A DNA stretch of 64,000 nucleotides, taken from Octopus sinensis (Eukaryota). The notes below the pieces were generated by a model that did no database searches, was not told the origin of the DNA, and was given only the letters and a program-made list of their open reading frames with translations. Both the position numbers and the translations under genes were made by a program. The stretch covers positions 91,016,001 through 91,080,000 of the forward strand of contig NC_043001.1 in the NCBI RefSeq assembly GCF_006345805.1, in the 5' to 3' direction. Shown here one piece after another: positions 25,190 through 38,825 of the stretch; positions within the stretch are counted from its first letter, which is position 1, and each line of letters begins with the position of its first letter.

Positions 25190-26560
25190 GATAGGAATTT
25201 CACCCGAGTCTACGCTACAATACCATACGACATTCGAAGGCCGTCTGCACTGATCTCAGGCCTCTACCACCTTCATTTCTTCTTAGGTAGAACCTGTCAA
25301 CATCACTGTTTCTGTGGAAGTTCCCAGTTGTTGTTAGGATTTTGTGTGTTTTGATATCTATGGAGTGGATTTCCTCCACAGACCAATTAAGTATCCTAAA
25401 TGTTGGGATCAGCACTGGTACTGCTAATTCATTGTGGGATATTGTTTCGTTGTAAGAGGAGAGTTCCGACTGCCATAGTTTCCTAAGTCTGGTGTAATAT
25501 TCTCGGGTCATTTTATCTTTATTCACAGTGCCTTCATATGATACAGTTTCGTCTATGCCTAGGTACTTGTAACATTGTGTGGAATGGGGGAGATAAAGAG
25601 ACCGTTGATGCACAGGTTTTGGGTTTCGGGGACTGACTTTTCTTGTTCTATACCTAAATATGAACATTTCTTCTGGCCAAATTCAATGCCTATATCAGCT
25701 GGAAATGTTGTTATTAATTCTAGTTGTATTTTGACATGGCTAACACTTTTAGCACAAATCTCTTCATAGAAATTATGAGTTACATTGATATATCTAGCAG
25801 CTGAAGATCCTAGCATGTAACCATTTGTTTTCTGCAGTAGGAACGATATTGGATTTAGTGCCAAAATGAAAAGGAGTACAGAATGATTCTCTCCTTGGAA
25901 TATTCCCTTTGAAATGATTATACTATCAGAAACAATTATTCTGTTCTCAGTTGTAAGAGTAGGAATTGCTGTCCATGTCTTCGTGAGTCTCTCTATAGCA
26001 GCAATTAAGCTAGTTGGCACTTTTGCCAGATGTTGGCACTTCAACGGCCATGAATGAGGGATGGAGTCGACTGCCTTCCTATAGTCAAGCCATACTGTCA
26101 CAAAGTTTCTACGTTATTTTCTTACTTCAGACAGTACAGCTTTGTTTATTAAAAGTTATTCAGCACATTCCCACACCCACTTCTTTCCACCAGCCAGTTC
26201 ATCAGTCACAATATTCTTCGACTCACAATGGCCCTGGAGGAATTGGTTGAGGCAACTTGTGTACGGTTTGTACATAATGGGTCTGCAAAGGGCCTGCAGT
26301 TTCCTGCCATCTCGGTGATTTCATTTTTGGCAACAAGATTTGTCCTTGCTGTAGCAAGCCAATTTGGTATATTAGGCTGACCTTCCATAATCCTTTTGAA
26401 CATAAATATCAATTGGTTTCAATAAAATATCAGCTTCTTGTACCAATATCCAACTATTAGGTCTCGTCCAGGTGCTTTTCCATTCTGCAGTTTGCCTACT
26501 GTTTTAGCAAAGGTTTTTGCATCAATTTTGTATGTTTTACTGTAGTACTGGTACAGTATT
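25190..26560 (-). pseudogene. Decayed R4/Dong-clade RT fragment
   Basis: WLDYRKAVDSIPHSW, KGIFQGE, DIGIEFGQKKC and YKYLGI...REYYTRLRKLWQSEL across frameshifts. Confidence 0.85.
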
Positions 26561-26646
26561 CTCTCTCAGTTGTATTTAACCATGATGTATCAGATTGAAA
26601 TCCTTCTTTTCGTTCCAAATTTTTGACTGTGTATGTATGTACGTAC

Positions 26647-26677
<31 letters not shown>

Positions 26678-27402
26678 TGTATGTGTGTATGTGTGTGCAC
26701 GCACGCGCGTGCGTGTGTGTGTGTGAGCGGTTAGGAGATAGCTACTTTTTTTCCAGCACATCAATGCCATAGAAACAATGTATCTACATTCTTATTCGAC
26801 TCGCAGTGAGCCTTTTTATTCACGCGCTGTAGCGCATACTAAATAACACACACACACACACACCACACACACACAGGTGTAGTAGACTGACTCACTTCCC
26901 GTGGGTTATTACTATTTTTATTGTAAATACAGGACAAATAAAAATCAATATCAATTCGACCTCGGAAATTCAATAAAGCGTTGGTTTCTCAGATAAAGAG
27001 TCACGGGCTAACAGATGAAGGAGCAATATGAATGGGTGATAGTTGCATAATTCCTTAGAGCTCCTCTCTTTTCGAGGAGCGGGCAGCGTGAGTCATGGCT
27101 CATTATCAAACCGGCCGCACTATTAAAGACATTTAAGTTAATCTATCATTAGGCTTGCCATTCAGAAAGTCTCTCGGCCCACAATTTGCCCAGGGCTGGT
27201 CTTGATTGAAAACAGTCCCACTCTTTATACGTGGGAACAGTTTCAATGTAGGTAATACACACATGCAATAAATAAATAAATAAATAAATAAATTAATTAA
27301 AATCAGTACTCATAGCTAGATCGAAAACAGGCTAGTTGTAAGCTTACGTGGAATAACGACACTGTTTCACTTGTTATATAAAGGGACGGTGTCAGTATAG
27401 AA

Positions 27403-27707
27403 CAGGGTTTCTCAACCAGGATGCGTATGACCCCTGGGCGTCCATATAAGATTTTTTGGGGGCCACGCAACCAAATGGTAAATTGTCCATTGTAGGTATT
27501 GGTATCTATTGCAAGAAACAGCCAGGTTTCTTTCTCTAACATTCTGCATAGTTCGACCTATACAAGTTAATGTGTGAAAACCAAAATAGGTATTTTGAAA
27601 GAAGTTTCTATAAAACTAGTTTTTAAACATAGAATGGCTATGGGGAGGCACTAGAATAAAATAGTAATAAAAGGGGTCCATATATGAAAAATGGTTGAGA
27701 ACCTCAG
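27403..27707. mobile_element. hAT (Charlie-like) MITE
   Basis: TIRs cagggtttctcaacc / ggttgagaacctcag with near-perfect 8-bp TSD gtatagaa/gtacagaa. A partial relative lies at ~62915-63148. Confidence 0.75.
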
Positions 27708-27961
27708 GTACAGAATCTATACTGACTGTACTATAGATAGTACACAAGAGCAAAATAAATGAATAAATAAATAAATAAAATGATTTATAAAAATGTTAAC
27801 AGCTAGATAAAAACTAGGATATCTTAAGCTTGATTATAACCACAACACTGTTTCACAGAGAGGAGCAATGTCAATGTGTACGGTACACACAAAATATTAG
27901 TTTCAAATTTTGAGAAAGGAAGTCAGTCGATTACATCGACTCCAATGATCAACTGGTATTT

Positions 27962-28560
27962 GTTTTGGCAAGACTTCCGCCCCCCCCCAAAAAAAACCAC
28001 CCTTTAAAAAATTTTTTTAGACACATACCTCACTTTTCGGGTACTGGGAATACGAATCTGCAAAAAAATTGGCAAAAATCGACATTTCTAAATTACCACC
28101 CCACTCCCATTTCCTTCATTTTAAACTTTTTTCACATTCCCCCCACCCCCAAAATATGCGGTAAAATATGGAGATTATGATTCTAAAAAAAATTTCCAAA
28201 AACCTTGGTAAATTTTTTTTTAAGAATTTTTTTTTCTAAGTATGCGGAAAAATACGGACATCAGGATTCGGACAATAATTTCAAAACATTTCTGTACTTA
28301 CGGTTACGGTTTTAGGGTTAGGGTTTTAGGGTTAGGGTTAGGGTTAGGGTTAGAGTTTTAGGGTTAGGGTTAGGGTTTTAGGGTTAGTGTTGGGGAAAAA
28401 GTCAAAATTGAAGTAGTTGGGGGGAGGGGGGATTTTACAATGCCGATTTTTGGCAATTTTCCGGAGCCTCTGTATCCGAAAACGGGGATTTAAAAAAAAA
28501 AAAAATTACAAAAATAAATAAATTTGGGAGAAAGTGGCGGGGACGGGCAGAAATATTTCC
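27962..28560. mobile_element. Foldback element with an internal (TTAGGG)n tract, inserted in a SINE
   Basis: Degenerate inverted arms (aaaattggcaaaaatcgacatt vs aatgccgatttttggcaatttt) enclose telomere-type repeats at 28298-28390. Confidence 0.6.
28298..28390 (+). repeat. Interstitial telomere-type repeat (TTAGGG/TTTTAGGG)
   Basis: About 13 TTAGGG-like units read directly. Confidence 0.9.
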
Positions 28561-29934
28561 CTTATTATTTTTTTTATCGATCTCGGTAAGATGAAAGGTA
28601 AAGTCAGCTTTGGCGGAAATTGAACTCGAAACGTAAAGACGGATGAAATGCCGCTAAACATCTATCCCGGCCCGTTAACGATACCGTCAACTCGTCGCCT
28701 CAGTACACACAATATAATGATCGATGCTGTGGGTTGATGAAGTGATTGATTGCGGTGAGAATTTTCATAGGGGAGATAACTCCAAATGACGTCTCTTGCA
28801 AAGGTCCAGATGACTAAACCAGCGCAAGCACAGTGTTTAGTCGTTTAACGTTGGTAAGGTGCGCTGTGTTCTTTTCGCACTTTCCATCCCATATTAGTAT
28901 ACTTATATATTAAAAAGAAAAAAAAGCATGTACTTATCGAGAACCCTTCCCATTAGGGAATCAGGTAATTATGTTTTTTTATCATTCTAAACAATCAGTC
29001 TAAAGACAACATATCTGTATAATATATCTAAATGTATAGATATTTTTCTTTCTGTTCGTCATACATATGTATTTGTTTCTGATAACTTATGTAACATTAG
29101 AAAAACCTCTCGTAATGGTGTTTTTATTACCTTGTATCACGTTTATCGTCGTATTGTTTGTATGAGGAAAGCTTTCTCGTTTTTGCTTTTTAGACAAAGA
29201 AAATAACAAAGCTTTCTTTTAAACTGTTTTGTTATCATTCAGATTATACTGTATACAATTTATTAATAGCGTATATTATATGTCGTGACTTGTTACGTTC
29301 TATATAATAACAGTTATCTCACCTCACTATGTCGCTTTAAAAATACAAAAATAGTGTTCTTTAATACACAGGATGGAGAGGAAAACACGTATATATATAT
29401 ATATCACGTACATTTTTTATATGTTTATTTTCGCTTGTGTAATGTATGTCTGCCATATATATATACATACATACATACATACATATATGTGTGTGTGTAT
29501 CTCTGTGTGTGTGTGTATGTGTGTGTGTATCTGTATATGTGTGTGTATCTGTATATATGTGTGTGTGTATCTGTATATATGTGTGTGTGTATGTATATAT
29601 GTGTGTGTATTTGTGTTATGTATGTTTAAGTGTTATAGGTGTGTGTGTGTGAAGAGAAATAATAGCATTGGAAAGTAACTCAGTCTACAATTCTAAATGG
29701 TTAAGTTACTAACATAGAATCACAATGGCATACGTAATAAACAAGATTTCTTAGAATCATAAATTAAACTACTTTTTTCCTCAATAACGGCACGACCAGA
29801 AACCCATCTAGATATCCATGACTTCACCCTTTACCCTTAAAACTCCAAGACCAGAGATGGTAGCATATTGAACACACACATACATATATATATGTGTGTG
29901 TGTGTGTATATATATATGTGTGTGTGTTTATATA

Positions 29935-29965
<31 letters not shown>

Positions 29966-30519
29966 GTGTGTGTGTGTTTATATATGTGTGTGTGTATGTC
30001 TTTGTGTTTGCCTCCCACCACTGTTTGACAACTGGTGTTGGTTTGTATACGTCCCTGTAACTTAACACTTCAGCATCAGAGACCAGTAGAATAAGTCTTG
30101 GGGTCAGTTTGTTTGACTAAAATGCTTCAAGGCAGTGCCCTAGCATAACTGCAGCTCAATGACTGGAATACATAAAAAAGGGTAAAAGATACATTTAGAC
30201 CATGATATAGTTGTGAATCCCAAATCCTATCAATAGAATGATAACTGAGGGAAATTTGGAACAAATAGATTATAGATGTAATAGTTTAGATTTTGTAAAA
30301 TTTCTTGACACTATCCTTTAATAACTCTATAGTCAAATGTAAAGTAGTATAGAATTAACATTAAGACTCCAGAATGCATGATGGCCTGATGTAATAACAG
30401 AGTACTACACGTAGTAGTGATCAACTGTATCATAGGAGTATCATAGTGTTTTGTGCTAGGATTCTTACTATTCCTGCCATTCATAAATGATTTGTCTTGA
30501 GTCATCATTTCCTCCTCAC

Positions 30520-32536
30520 AGAGATGATTCCTTGATGTACAAATCCATTAACACCAACATAGAATCCCATTGCCTCCAAAAGGACCTGTCATTGGAAGTA
30601 TCTATCTATCTATCTATCTGTCTGTCTGTCTGTCTGTCTGTCTATTATATATATACATATATATATATATACACACACACATGCGTAGTAAATGGATTGT
30701 GGTGTCAGCTTCCAAGAGCATGCATATGCTTGTCAACTCAATAATAAGCATCAAAACAGAGATAGTCATTTTAAATATTTTAGAATTACCTTCACTTACA
30801 ACACTTGACTTATTCATGAATTCGACAATATTACACACAATTAGTTTATGTGGTCACATGTTCTCCGAGAAAAAAAAACCGTAACTAAAACCAACTAGAA
30901 AACCATTAATAGACTATCATAGAATATGCTAGTCCTATCACAAATCTAGATGCAAACACATTAAAGGAGGTTGAAGAATTTACAGTCATGGGAGTCAGAA
31001 AACATAATGAAGATTTCATTACTATGGACATAATTTTTTAGAATACACTGACTGTGGACCATGAAAAATGGAAGCATAACACTAAAACAGAAATATTAAG
31101 GAGCAGAATAAACATTGACATCAAGAAACACTTATGCTTTAACTATATGCTTCATAGAGTTATAGCAACACTTACAACCAAATGCTAACTTAAAGCATCA
31201 TATAAACTATACAATGAAACACTGATTAAAGGTAGTATGCAAATGTAACAAGCATGGACTCACAGATTATGACAAAGTACAGCCTACAACCCCCCCCCCC
31301 CACAAAAACTAAGGAGTTAAACTGAATAGTGAACAAAAGGTGAAAATACAATAGTAAGATATTCTGAGGCTTTAAGATATATAACTTAGATTGGTTTCAA
31401 CTATTATCGGCTCAGGCCATGATTAACTCAATAGCTCCACCTGGAAAAGTCTTTTAATTAATTATTTCGGGACACCATGGACCACTCAAACAAAGAGTTG
31501 TTATTCGCTGAGACATATGGAGGTGTAGGTGGTTTATCTGGTATTTCCTGGAAGAATTTGTCCAGGTACCATTTGAAAGTTGTGGGGTCTTTTTCTACTT
31601 TAATTTCTTTTGAGATAACATTGAAAAGAGCAGGACCATTTGCAGGGAAGAAATTATGTTGCAATTTTCTTATGTGATGTGATCTCGACATTTGTAGGGA
31701 ACACATTCCATGGGGGCCTAGTCTCGGGTGAATTGTAAACATAACACCAATACCATTTGGAGAATATTGGTGGATATGTGTTAATTGTTATATGTATAAA
31801 TCATTTATCATCCACTTTTCCATGCTTGCATGTCTCAGACAAAATTCATTGAGGCAGATTCCAGTCATCAACCCTCACCTGTTTCCAAGCAAAATAATAT
31901 TCCCCAAGCCAAACATCTTTCCCTGGAAGACAGGAAACAAGCAACATTGCATGTATGACCATGTTGTTCATTTACAAGCATTTCATAAATACCCAAGGGA
32001 TGATTTTAGATATTGTAAGGAAATGGAAAAATTTTTTATTAAAAAAATTTACATCAAAGTTGATTGAAACAAGAAAATTTTTTTTTAAAAACGTCTCCAG
32101 AAGAACCAAGCTAAGTCATGACTGAATATTAATGTTGTTATAGCTGTTACTAAAAGGAGGTTTTTAAACAATCATCTCACACACATATACACATTCTCAC
32201 CCATGCAGAATAAGGAATAGATACAGATCAGGAAAGGAGGAAGAAAATCATAAAAATCACATATTTTGAACAGAAATCAGTCAACCATTTAGTAACTCCC
32301 CCAGATAAAAACCAACAAACATCTGACCTTGCTTTATATACACTGAAATCAGTAAGCAGTTGACCCTTTTAAAAACTCATCTCTCCTTTGTTTAACAAAC
32401 AGGCAGTCAAATGCTTAACTGGACACTCCCAAACAAACTGGCAGTCAACCTCTTAGCTGGACACTCACAAACATTCCTTATTGAACCCACTCTGACTCTT
32501 GTATACAAATTTTAAAATATCTAATTCCTCTGGCAT
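30520..32536 (-). other. Two candidate exons of an unidentified minus-strand gene (32536-32469 and 30585-30520)
   Basis: ATG-led MPEELDILKFVYKSQSGFNKEC ends at a GTGAGT donor in phase 2. It joins in frame to a CAG/GTGAGG-bounded 66-bp exon (SFWRQWDSMLVLMDLYIKESS). No homology recognised. Confidence 0.3.
31440..31790 (-). mobile_element. CR1/L2-group LINE 3' fragment
   Basis: GPALFNVISKEIK...FKWYLDKFFQEIPDKP...NNSL C-terminal pattern. Confidence 0.65.
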
Positions 32537-33530
32537 TTTTTTTTCAACAAAAAGCTGACATTCTTTACACATTTATATTAAGTGAAAGTACTCAATAACC
32601 CACAACCTGTGAAAATTTTCTTAAAGAAATGAAAGAACTTAGAATATAAGAAATAGTATTTCTCCAACTTCTGTTGACTACTTTCTTCTCTTATTAATAT
32701 AGGAGTGGATATAGGGTGGTGAGCTGGCAGAGGTCCACTTTTCCTTTCATCCTTTCCTGGGGTGGAGGGGGGTCTATTAAATAAGTACCAGTTACACACT
32801 GGTGTCAATATAATTGACTTAATCCCTTTGTCTGTCCTTGTTTGTCCCCTCTATGTTTAGCCCTCTGTGGGCAATAAAGAAATAAATATAGGAGTGATTA
32901 TGTGGTAAGTAGCTTGCTTATCAACCACATGGTTCCAGGTTCAGTCCCACTGCATGACAACTTGGGCAAGTGTCTTCTACTATAGCCTTGGGCTGACCAA
33001 AGCCTTTTGTGTGGATTTGTTAGATGGAAACTGAAAGAAGCCCATTGTGTATGTATGTATGTATATATATATGTATGTATGTGTGTATATATGTTTGTAT
33101 GTCTGTTTCTACCCCCCAACATCGCTTGACAACTGATGCTGGTATGTTTACATCCCTGTAACTTAGCAGTTTGGCATAAGGCACTGATAGAATACGTACT
33201 AGGCTTACAAAAAATAAGTCCTCCTAGGGTCAATTTGCTCGACTAAAAGCGGTGCTCCAGCGTGGCCACAGTCAAATGACTGAAACAGATAAAAGATTAT
33301 AAACACACACACATATATCTTTTAATTTTTTTCAGTCATTTGACTGTGGCCATGCTGGGGCACCACCTTGAAGGGCTTTAGTTGATCAAATTGCCTCCAT
33401 GACTTTTTTACAAAAGCCTGGTACTCATTCCATCAGTCTTTTAGGCCGAACCACTGTTACAGGGATGTAAACACACCAACACCAGTTGTCAACCAGTGGT
33501 GGGGACAAATAGAGACACAAGATATAGTAA

Positions 33531-33596
<66 letters not shown>

Positions 33597-33599
<3 letters not shown>

Positions 33600-36377
33600 A
33601 GAATGAATGTTTTTATTATAATGAACGTGTGAAATACAGGAAGGGACGAACACGGAATACAGACAAATCATTCGAAGCCTTCAATCTTCAGTCAGACACC
33701 GAATCATCATAGCAAATTTCGGCTGTTCAATTCTGATATTTGCTCCAACTCGGCCAGCCCCAAGAAAAAAACTAAGCTGTAAGCATTAGATTTCTTGGTA
33801 GAAGACAGGAATGTGAACGCACAAGACGGATGTGAATACAAGAGACGAAAACGAAATTGAAAACAGTAATGAATAAACAAAACATATATAACGATGGTTG
33901 TCATACGACTTTAGACCAAATGAGACAAAAACACAACAACAACATAGCTGGCGTAGAAATAATTACCGTTTCGGTAGCGGGGACACATGTTGGTCGAGAT
34001 ACGAAGGCCAACAGAATGGTTTAAGAAGCAGCAGGTCGCAGGAGAGAGAGAAAAAGAGAGACAGAGAGAGAGGGAATCAAAGAGGCTGGAAGGCAGGGGA
34101 CAGAATCAGTGACCAAGAGAAAAGGAGAAAGAAGGGATTAAGGAGGATGGGAGGAAGAGGGGAGGAAGAGAGGGGAAGAATCGGAGGGCGCCAAAAAGTT
34201 TGGTGAAGAAGCAATGGCGGGTAGTAAAAGACAGTGTGTATAGAAGTCGTGCAGGGTTTAAAATTGGACAAACAAACGGGGGGGTGCACGTAACGCCGCA
34301 ATAATATAAGAATGAATGTTTTTATATATAATGAACGTGAAATACAGGAAGGGACGAACACGGAATACAGACAAATCATTCGAAGCCTTCAATCTTCAGT
34401 CAGACACCGAATCATCATAGCAAATTTCGGCTGTTCAATTCTGATATTTGCTCCAACTCGGCCAGCCCCAAGAAAAAAACTAAGCTGTAAGCATTAGATT
34501 TCTTGGTAGAAGACAGGAATGTGAACGCACAAGACGGATGTGAATACAAGAGACGAAAACGAAATTGAAAACAGTAATGAATAAACAAAACATATATAAC
34601 GATGGTTGTCATACGACTTTAGACCAAATGAGACAAAAACACAACAACAACATAGCTGGCGTAGAAATAATTACCGTTTCGGTAGCGGGGACACATGTTG
34701 GTCGAGATACGAAGGCCAACAGAATGGTTTAAGAAGCAGCAGGTCGCAGGAGAGAGAGAAAAAGAGAGACAGAGAGAGAGGGAATCAAAGAGGCTGGAAG
34801 GCAGGGGACAGAATCAGTGACCAAGAGAAAAGGAGAAAGAAGGGATTAAGGAGGATGGGAGGAAGAGGGGAGGAAGAGAGGGGAAGAATCGGAGGGCGCC
34901 AAAAAGTTTGGTGAAGAAGCAATGGCGGGTAGTAAAAGACAGTGTGTATAGAAGTCGTGCAGGGTTTAAAATTGGACAAACAAACGGGGGGGTGCACGTA
35001 ACGCCGCAATAATATAAGAATGAATGTTTTTATATATAATGAACGTGAAATACAGGAAGGGACGAACACGGAATACAGACAAATCATTCGAAGCCTTCAA
35101 TCTTCAGTCAGACACCGAATCATCATAGCAAATTTCGGCTGTTCAATTCTGATATTTGCTCCAACTCGGCCAGCCCCAAGAAAAAAACTAAGCTGTAAGC
35201 ATTAGATTTCTTGGTAGAAGACAGGAATGTGAACGCACAAGACGGATGTGAATACAAGAGACGAAAACGAAATTGAAAACAGTAATGAATAAACAAAACA
35301 TATATAACGATGGTTGTCATACGACTTTAGACCAAATGAGACAAAAACACAACAACAACATAGCTGGCGTAGAAATAATTACCGTTTCGGTAGCGGGGAC
35401 ACATGTTGGTCGAGATACGAAGGCCAACAGAATGGTTTAAGAAGCAGCAGGTCGCAGGAGAGAGAGAAAAAGAGAGACAGAAGAGAGAGGGAATCAAAGA
35501 GGCTGGAAGGCAGGGGACAGAATCAGTGACCAGAGAAAAGGAGAAAGAAGGGATTAGGAGGATGGGAGGAAGAGGGGAGGAAGAGAGGGGAAGAATCGGA
35601 GGGCGCCAAAAAGTTTGGTGAAGAAGCAATGGCGGGTAGTAAAAGACAGTGTGTATAGAAGTCGTGCAGGGTTTAAAATTGGACAACAAACGGGGGGGTG
35701 CACGTAACGCCGCAATAATATAAGAATGAATGTTTTTATATATAATGAACGTGAAATACAGGAAGGGACGAACACGGAATACAGACAAATCATTCGAAGC
35801 CTTCAATCTTCAGTCAGACACCGAATCATCATAGCAAATTTCGGCTGTTCAATTCTGATATTTGCTCCAACTCGGCCAGCCCCAGAAAAAAACTAAGCTG
35901 TAAGCATTAGATTTCTTGGTAGAAGACAGGAATGTGAACGCACAAGACGGATGTGAATACAAGAGACGAAAACGAAATTGAAAACAGTAATGAATAAACA
36001 AAACATATATAACGATGGTTGTCATACGACTTTAGACCAAATGAGACAAAAACACAACAACAACATAGCTGGCGTAGAAATAATTACCGTTTCGGTAGCG
36101 GGGACACATGTTGGTCGAGATACGAAGGCCAACAGAATGGTTTAAGAAGCAGCAGGTCGCAGGAGAGAGAGAAAAAGAGAGACAGAGAGAGAGGGAATCA
36201 AAGAGGCTGGAAGGCAGGGGACAGAATCAGTGACCAAGAGAAAAGGAGAAAGAAGGGATTAAGGAGGATGGGAGGAAGAGGGGAGGAAGAGAGGGGAAGA
36301 ATCGGAGGGCGCCAAAAAGTTTGGTGAAGAAGCAATGGCGGGTAGTAAAAGACAGTGTGTATAGAAGTCGTGCAGGG
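33597..36377. repeat. Tandem array of a ~708-bp unit, ~3.9 copies, inside (TA)n
   Basis: Identical ORFs recur at 33707/34415/35123 and 33898/34606/36019. Units start at ~33597, 34306, 35014 and 35720. Confidence 0.97.
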
Positions 36378-36737
36378 GTATATATATATATATATCATCA
36401 CCGTCATTTAATGTCCGCTTTCCATACTGCCATGGGTTTGAAAGTTTGACTGTGGACTGACAAGCTAGGAGGCTGCATCAGGCTCCAGTCTGATCTGGCA
36501 ATGTTTCTACAGGTAATGCCCTTCCTAACACCAACCACTCCAAGAGTGTAGTGGGTGCTTTTTATATCCCACTGGCATGAGGGCCAGTCAGGTGCCACTG
36601 GCATCGACCACGCTTGTATGGTGCTTTTTACGTGCCACTGGCATGGGAGCCAATCCAGCGGCACTGGCATCGACCACTCTTCTCAAATGGTGCTTTTTTT
36701 GTGCCAGTACAATAAACACCTCCGTATATTTTTAGAA

Positions 36738-37485
36738 ACTTGACCATTATATCTTATTATTCTTCCCTTCCTTTTCGAGGTTTACCATTTACTTTAGTAA
36801 CCCCCTCCCCCTGTACCATTTTCTGTACTCATTCCTCCACCTTAGTGCCTTTCAAACATATCACCCAACCTCACACATATTCATTCCTTATATTCTTATC
36901 TCTTGCTATCTCTCCCCTACTCCTCTCCCGTCCCCCTCATAATATAGTGATCATCAACTAACACTCCTTTTTCATTTTCTCTTCCTTTTGACCATTCTCC
37001 TCATTTTAACATACACATCTTTTCTCTCCTTTTCTCTATCTACTTAATACTATCACTACATTCTCAAAATTTCATTCACACCACAAGACCCCTTTGAATG
37101 AACAGCACATGGATTCTGTCTCCACATTTTCCATTTGTAATGACAAAATATGAACTACTATCAGAATTTACATACCTTGGGCAAGAAGCATTTTACCAAT
37201 CCTACACATCGATGTCCTTAGATAATGGAACTGCAACTATAACATCCTACATATATTCTTATTTTCAATCTCTTATTTCCCTTTATACTTCCTATTTCCA
37301 TCTTTTTCCAAAATAACTCCTTATATTGAACTCTACTATTTCCTTCTATTTAACTATCCCATATTGTCTCTGATGAAGGGATGTCACTAATATCCCAGAA
37401 ACAGCTGTAAGACTAACTTTCTCTTTATAAATGTCCTGAAAATTCCATAGAGCCTTGGCTTTGTTGTCTCATTTTATTCAACATT
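36738..37485 (+). mobile_element. Penelope-like remnant, family 3
   Basis: Pyrimidine-rich body and CTGATGA...GAAAC motif. Its 3' end is homologous to 51109-51328. Confidence 0.6.
37366..37413 (+). ncRNA. Putative minimal type I hammerhead ribozyme
   Basis: gtct-CTGATGA-a-gggat..atccc-a-GAAAC-agct-GTA-agac. Confidence 0.7.
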
Positions 37486-38326
37486 ATATATCTATATATA
37501 TTGGGTGTGTATGTCGTCTCATGCCCCTACCCCATACAATCTTGCAAAACCCACCCACTCACACTCCTGGACTCTGTCCTTACTCACTTTGTACCTTGAA
37601 GTAACACCTCATCACTGCTGTTTGTTTGTAATTATTATTCATTCTCACGCTCTCTAAATGTGAATAGCCATATGTCTCCTGTAGGTGCAATGGCCCAGTG
37701 GTTAGGGCAGCAGACTTGTGGTCAGAGGATCATGGTTTTAATTCCCAGACTGGGCGTTGTGTGTGTTTATTGAGTGAAAACACTTAAAGCTCCACGAGGC
37801 TCTGGAAGAGGGTGGTGGCAACCTTTGTTGTACTCTTTCGCCCCAATTTTCTCTCACTCTTTCTTCCTGTTTCTTGAGTAACACTGCAATGGACTGGCGT
37901 CCCATCCAGCTGGAAGGAACACATACACCATAGAAACAGGGCCCCATGAGCCTAGTTTCCCAGTTTCTAGGCTTGAAAAGGGCGCATAAAAAAATAAAGT
38001 CTCCTGTACAAGTACCTGCTCTACCCAGTCCTCTTCTCTCACACTTTAAATCTCATTACCTGGCTTAAAGGTCTCCCCACCCTCGAGTTTGATAGTAAGC
38101 TGCATGATGAACTCACTAGCGCTGGTACAGTGCCAGGTGCATGTTAGGAAGGGCATCTAATTGAAGAAAGCTTGCCAAGCAGACACTGGGGTGCAAAGCA
38201 GTCCTTGGATTGGTTTGGTCCTGTTTAGTCATCCAACCCATGCCAGCATGGAAGATGGACCTTAAATGATGATGATAATGTATATATGTGTGCATGCGCG
38301 CGCACGTTTATATATACATGTATATA

Positions 38327-38675
38327 CAGCTACGATACAGGGACGTGTGCAAGCGCGACCTGAGGACTGCCAACATCTGTGTGGACACGTGGGAGGAAAC
38401 AGCTGCTGACCGCTCTGCCTGGCGTCGGATGGTGAGGAAAGGCGTTTCCATGGCTGAGGAGAGGAGAGCACAGCTGTGGTTGGACAGGCGGGACAGGAGG
38501 AGGACAACTGCAGCAACACCCCACACGTACCCATCGATGTTCGTGTGCAGCAAATGTACCAAGGACTGCCACTCTAGAATTGGACTGTTCAGTCACAGCA
38601 GACGCTGCACATCATCAAAGTAGGCCCCACCCTTGGCGCAACCCATTGTCTATCAAGACAGACGGGGAAAGAAAA
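38327..38675 (+). mobile_element. RTE (BovB-like) LINE 3' end
   Basis: LRYRDVCKRDL...WEETAADRSAWR...CSKCTKDCHSRIGLFSHSRRC. Confidence 0.9.
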
Positions 38676-38754
38676 ATACACACACATACGTACAGTAGAA
38701 CCTGTTTACGAACGCCTCTGATTACGAATAAATCCTGCTTTATGTCTATCTATC

Positions 38755-38821
<67 letters not shown>

Positions 38822-38825
<4 letters not shown>

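Noticed and set aside
33665-33700. Minus-strand CTGAAGA motif in the 708-bp unit as a hammerhead
   Set aside because: It is followed by GAAT rather than GAAA, helix II is poor, and no helix I closure was found.
33898-36327. Repeated 60-159 aa ORFs in the 708-bp array
   Set aside because: Short, low-complexity, disrupted in copy 3 and with no recognisable domain. The array is not CRISPR-like because it has no unique spacers.
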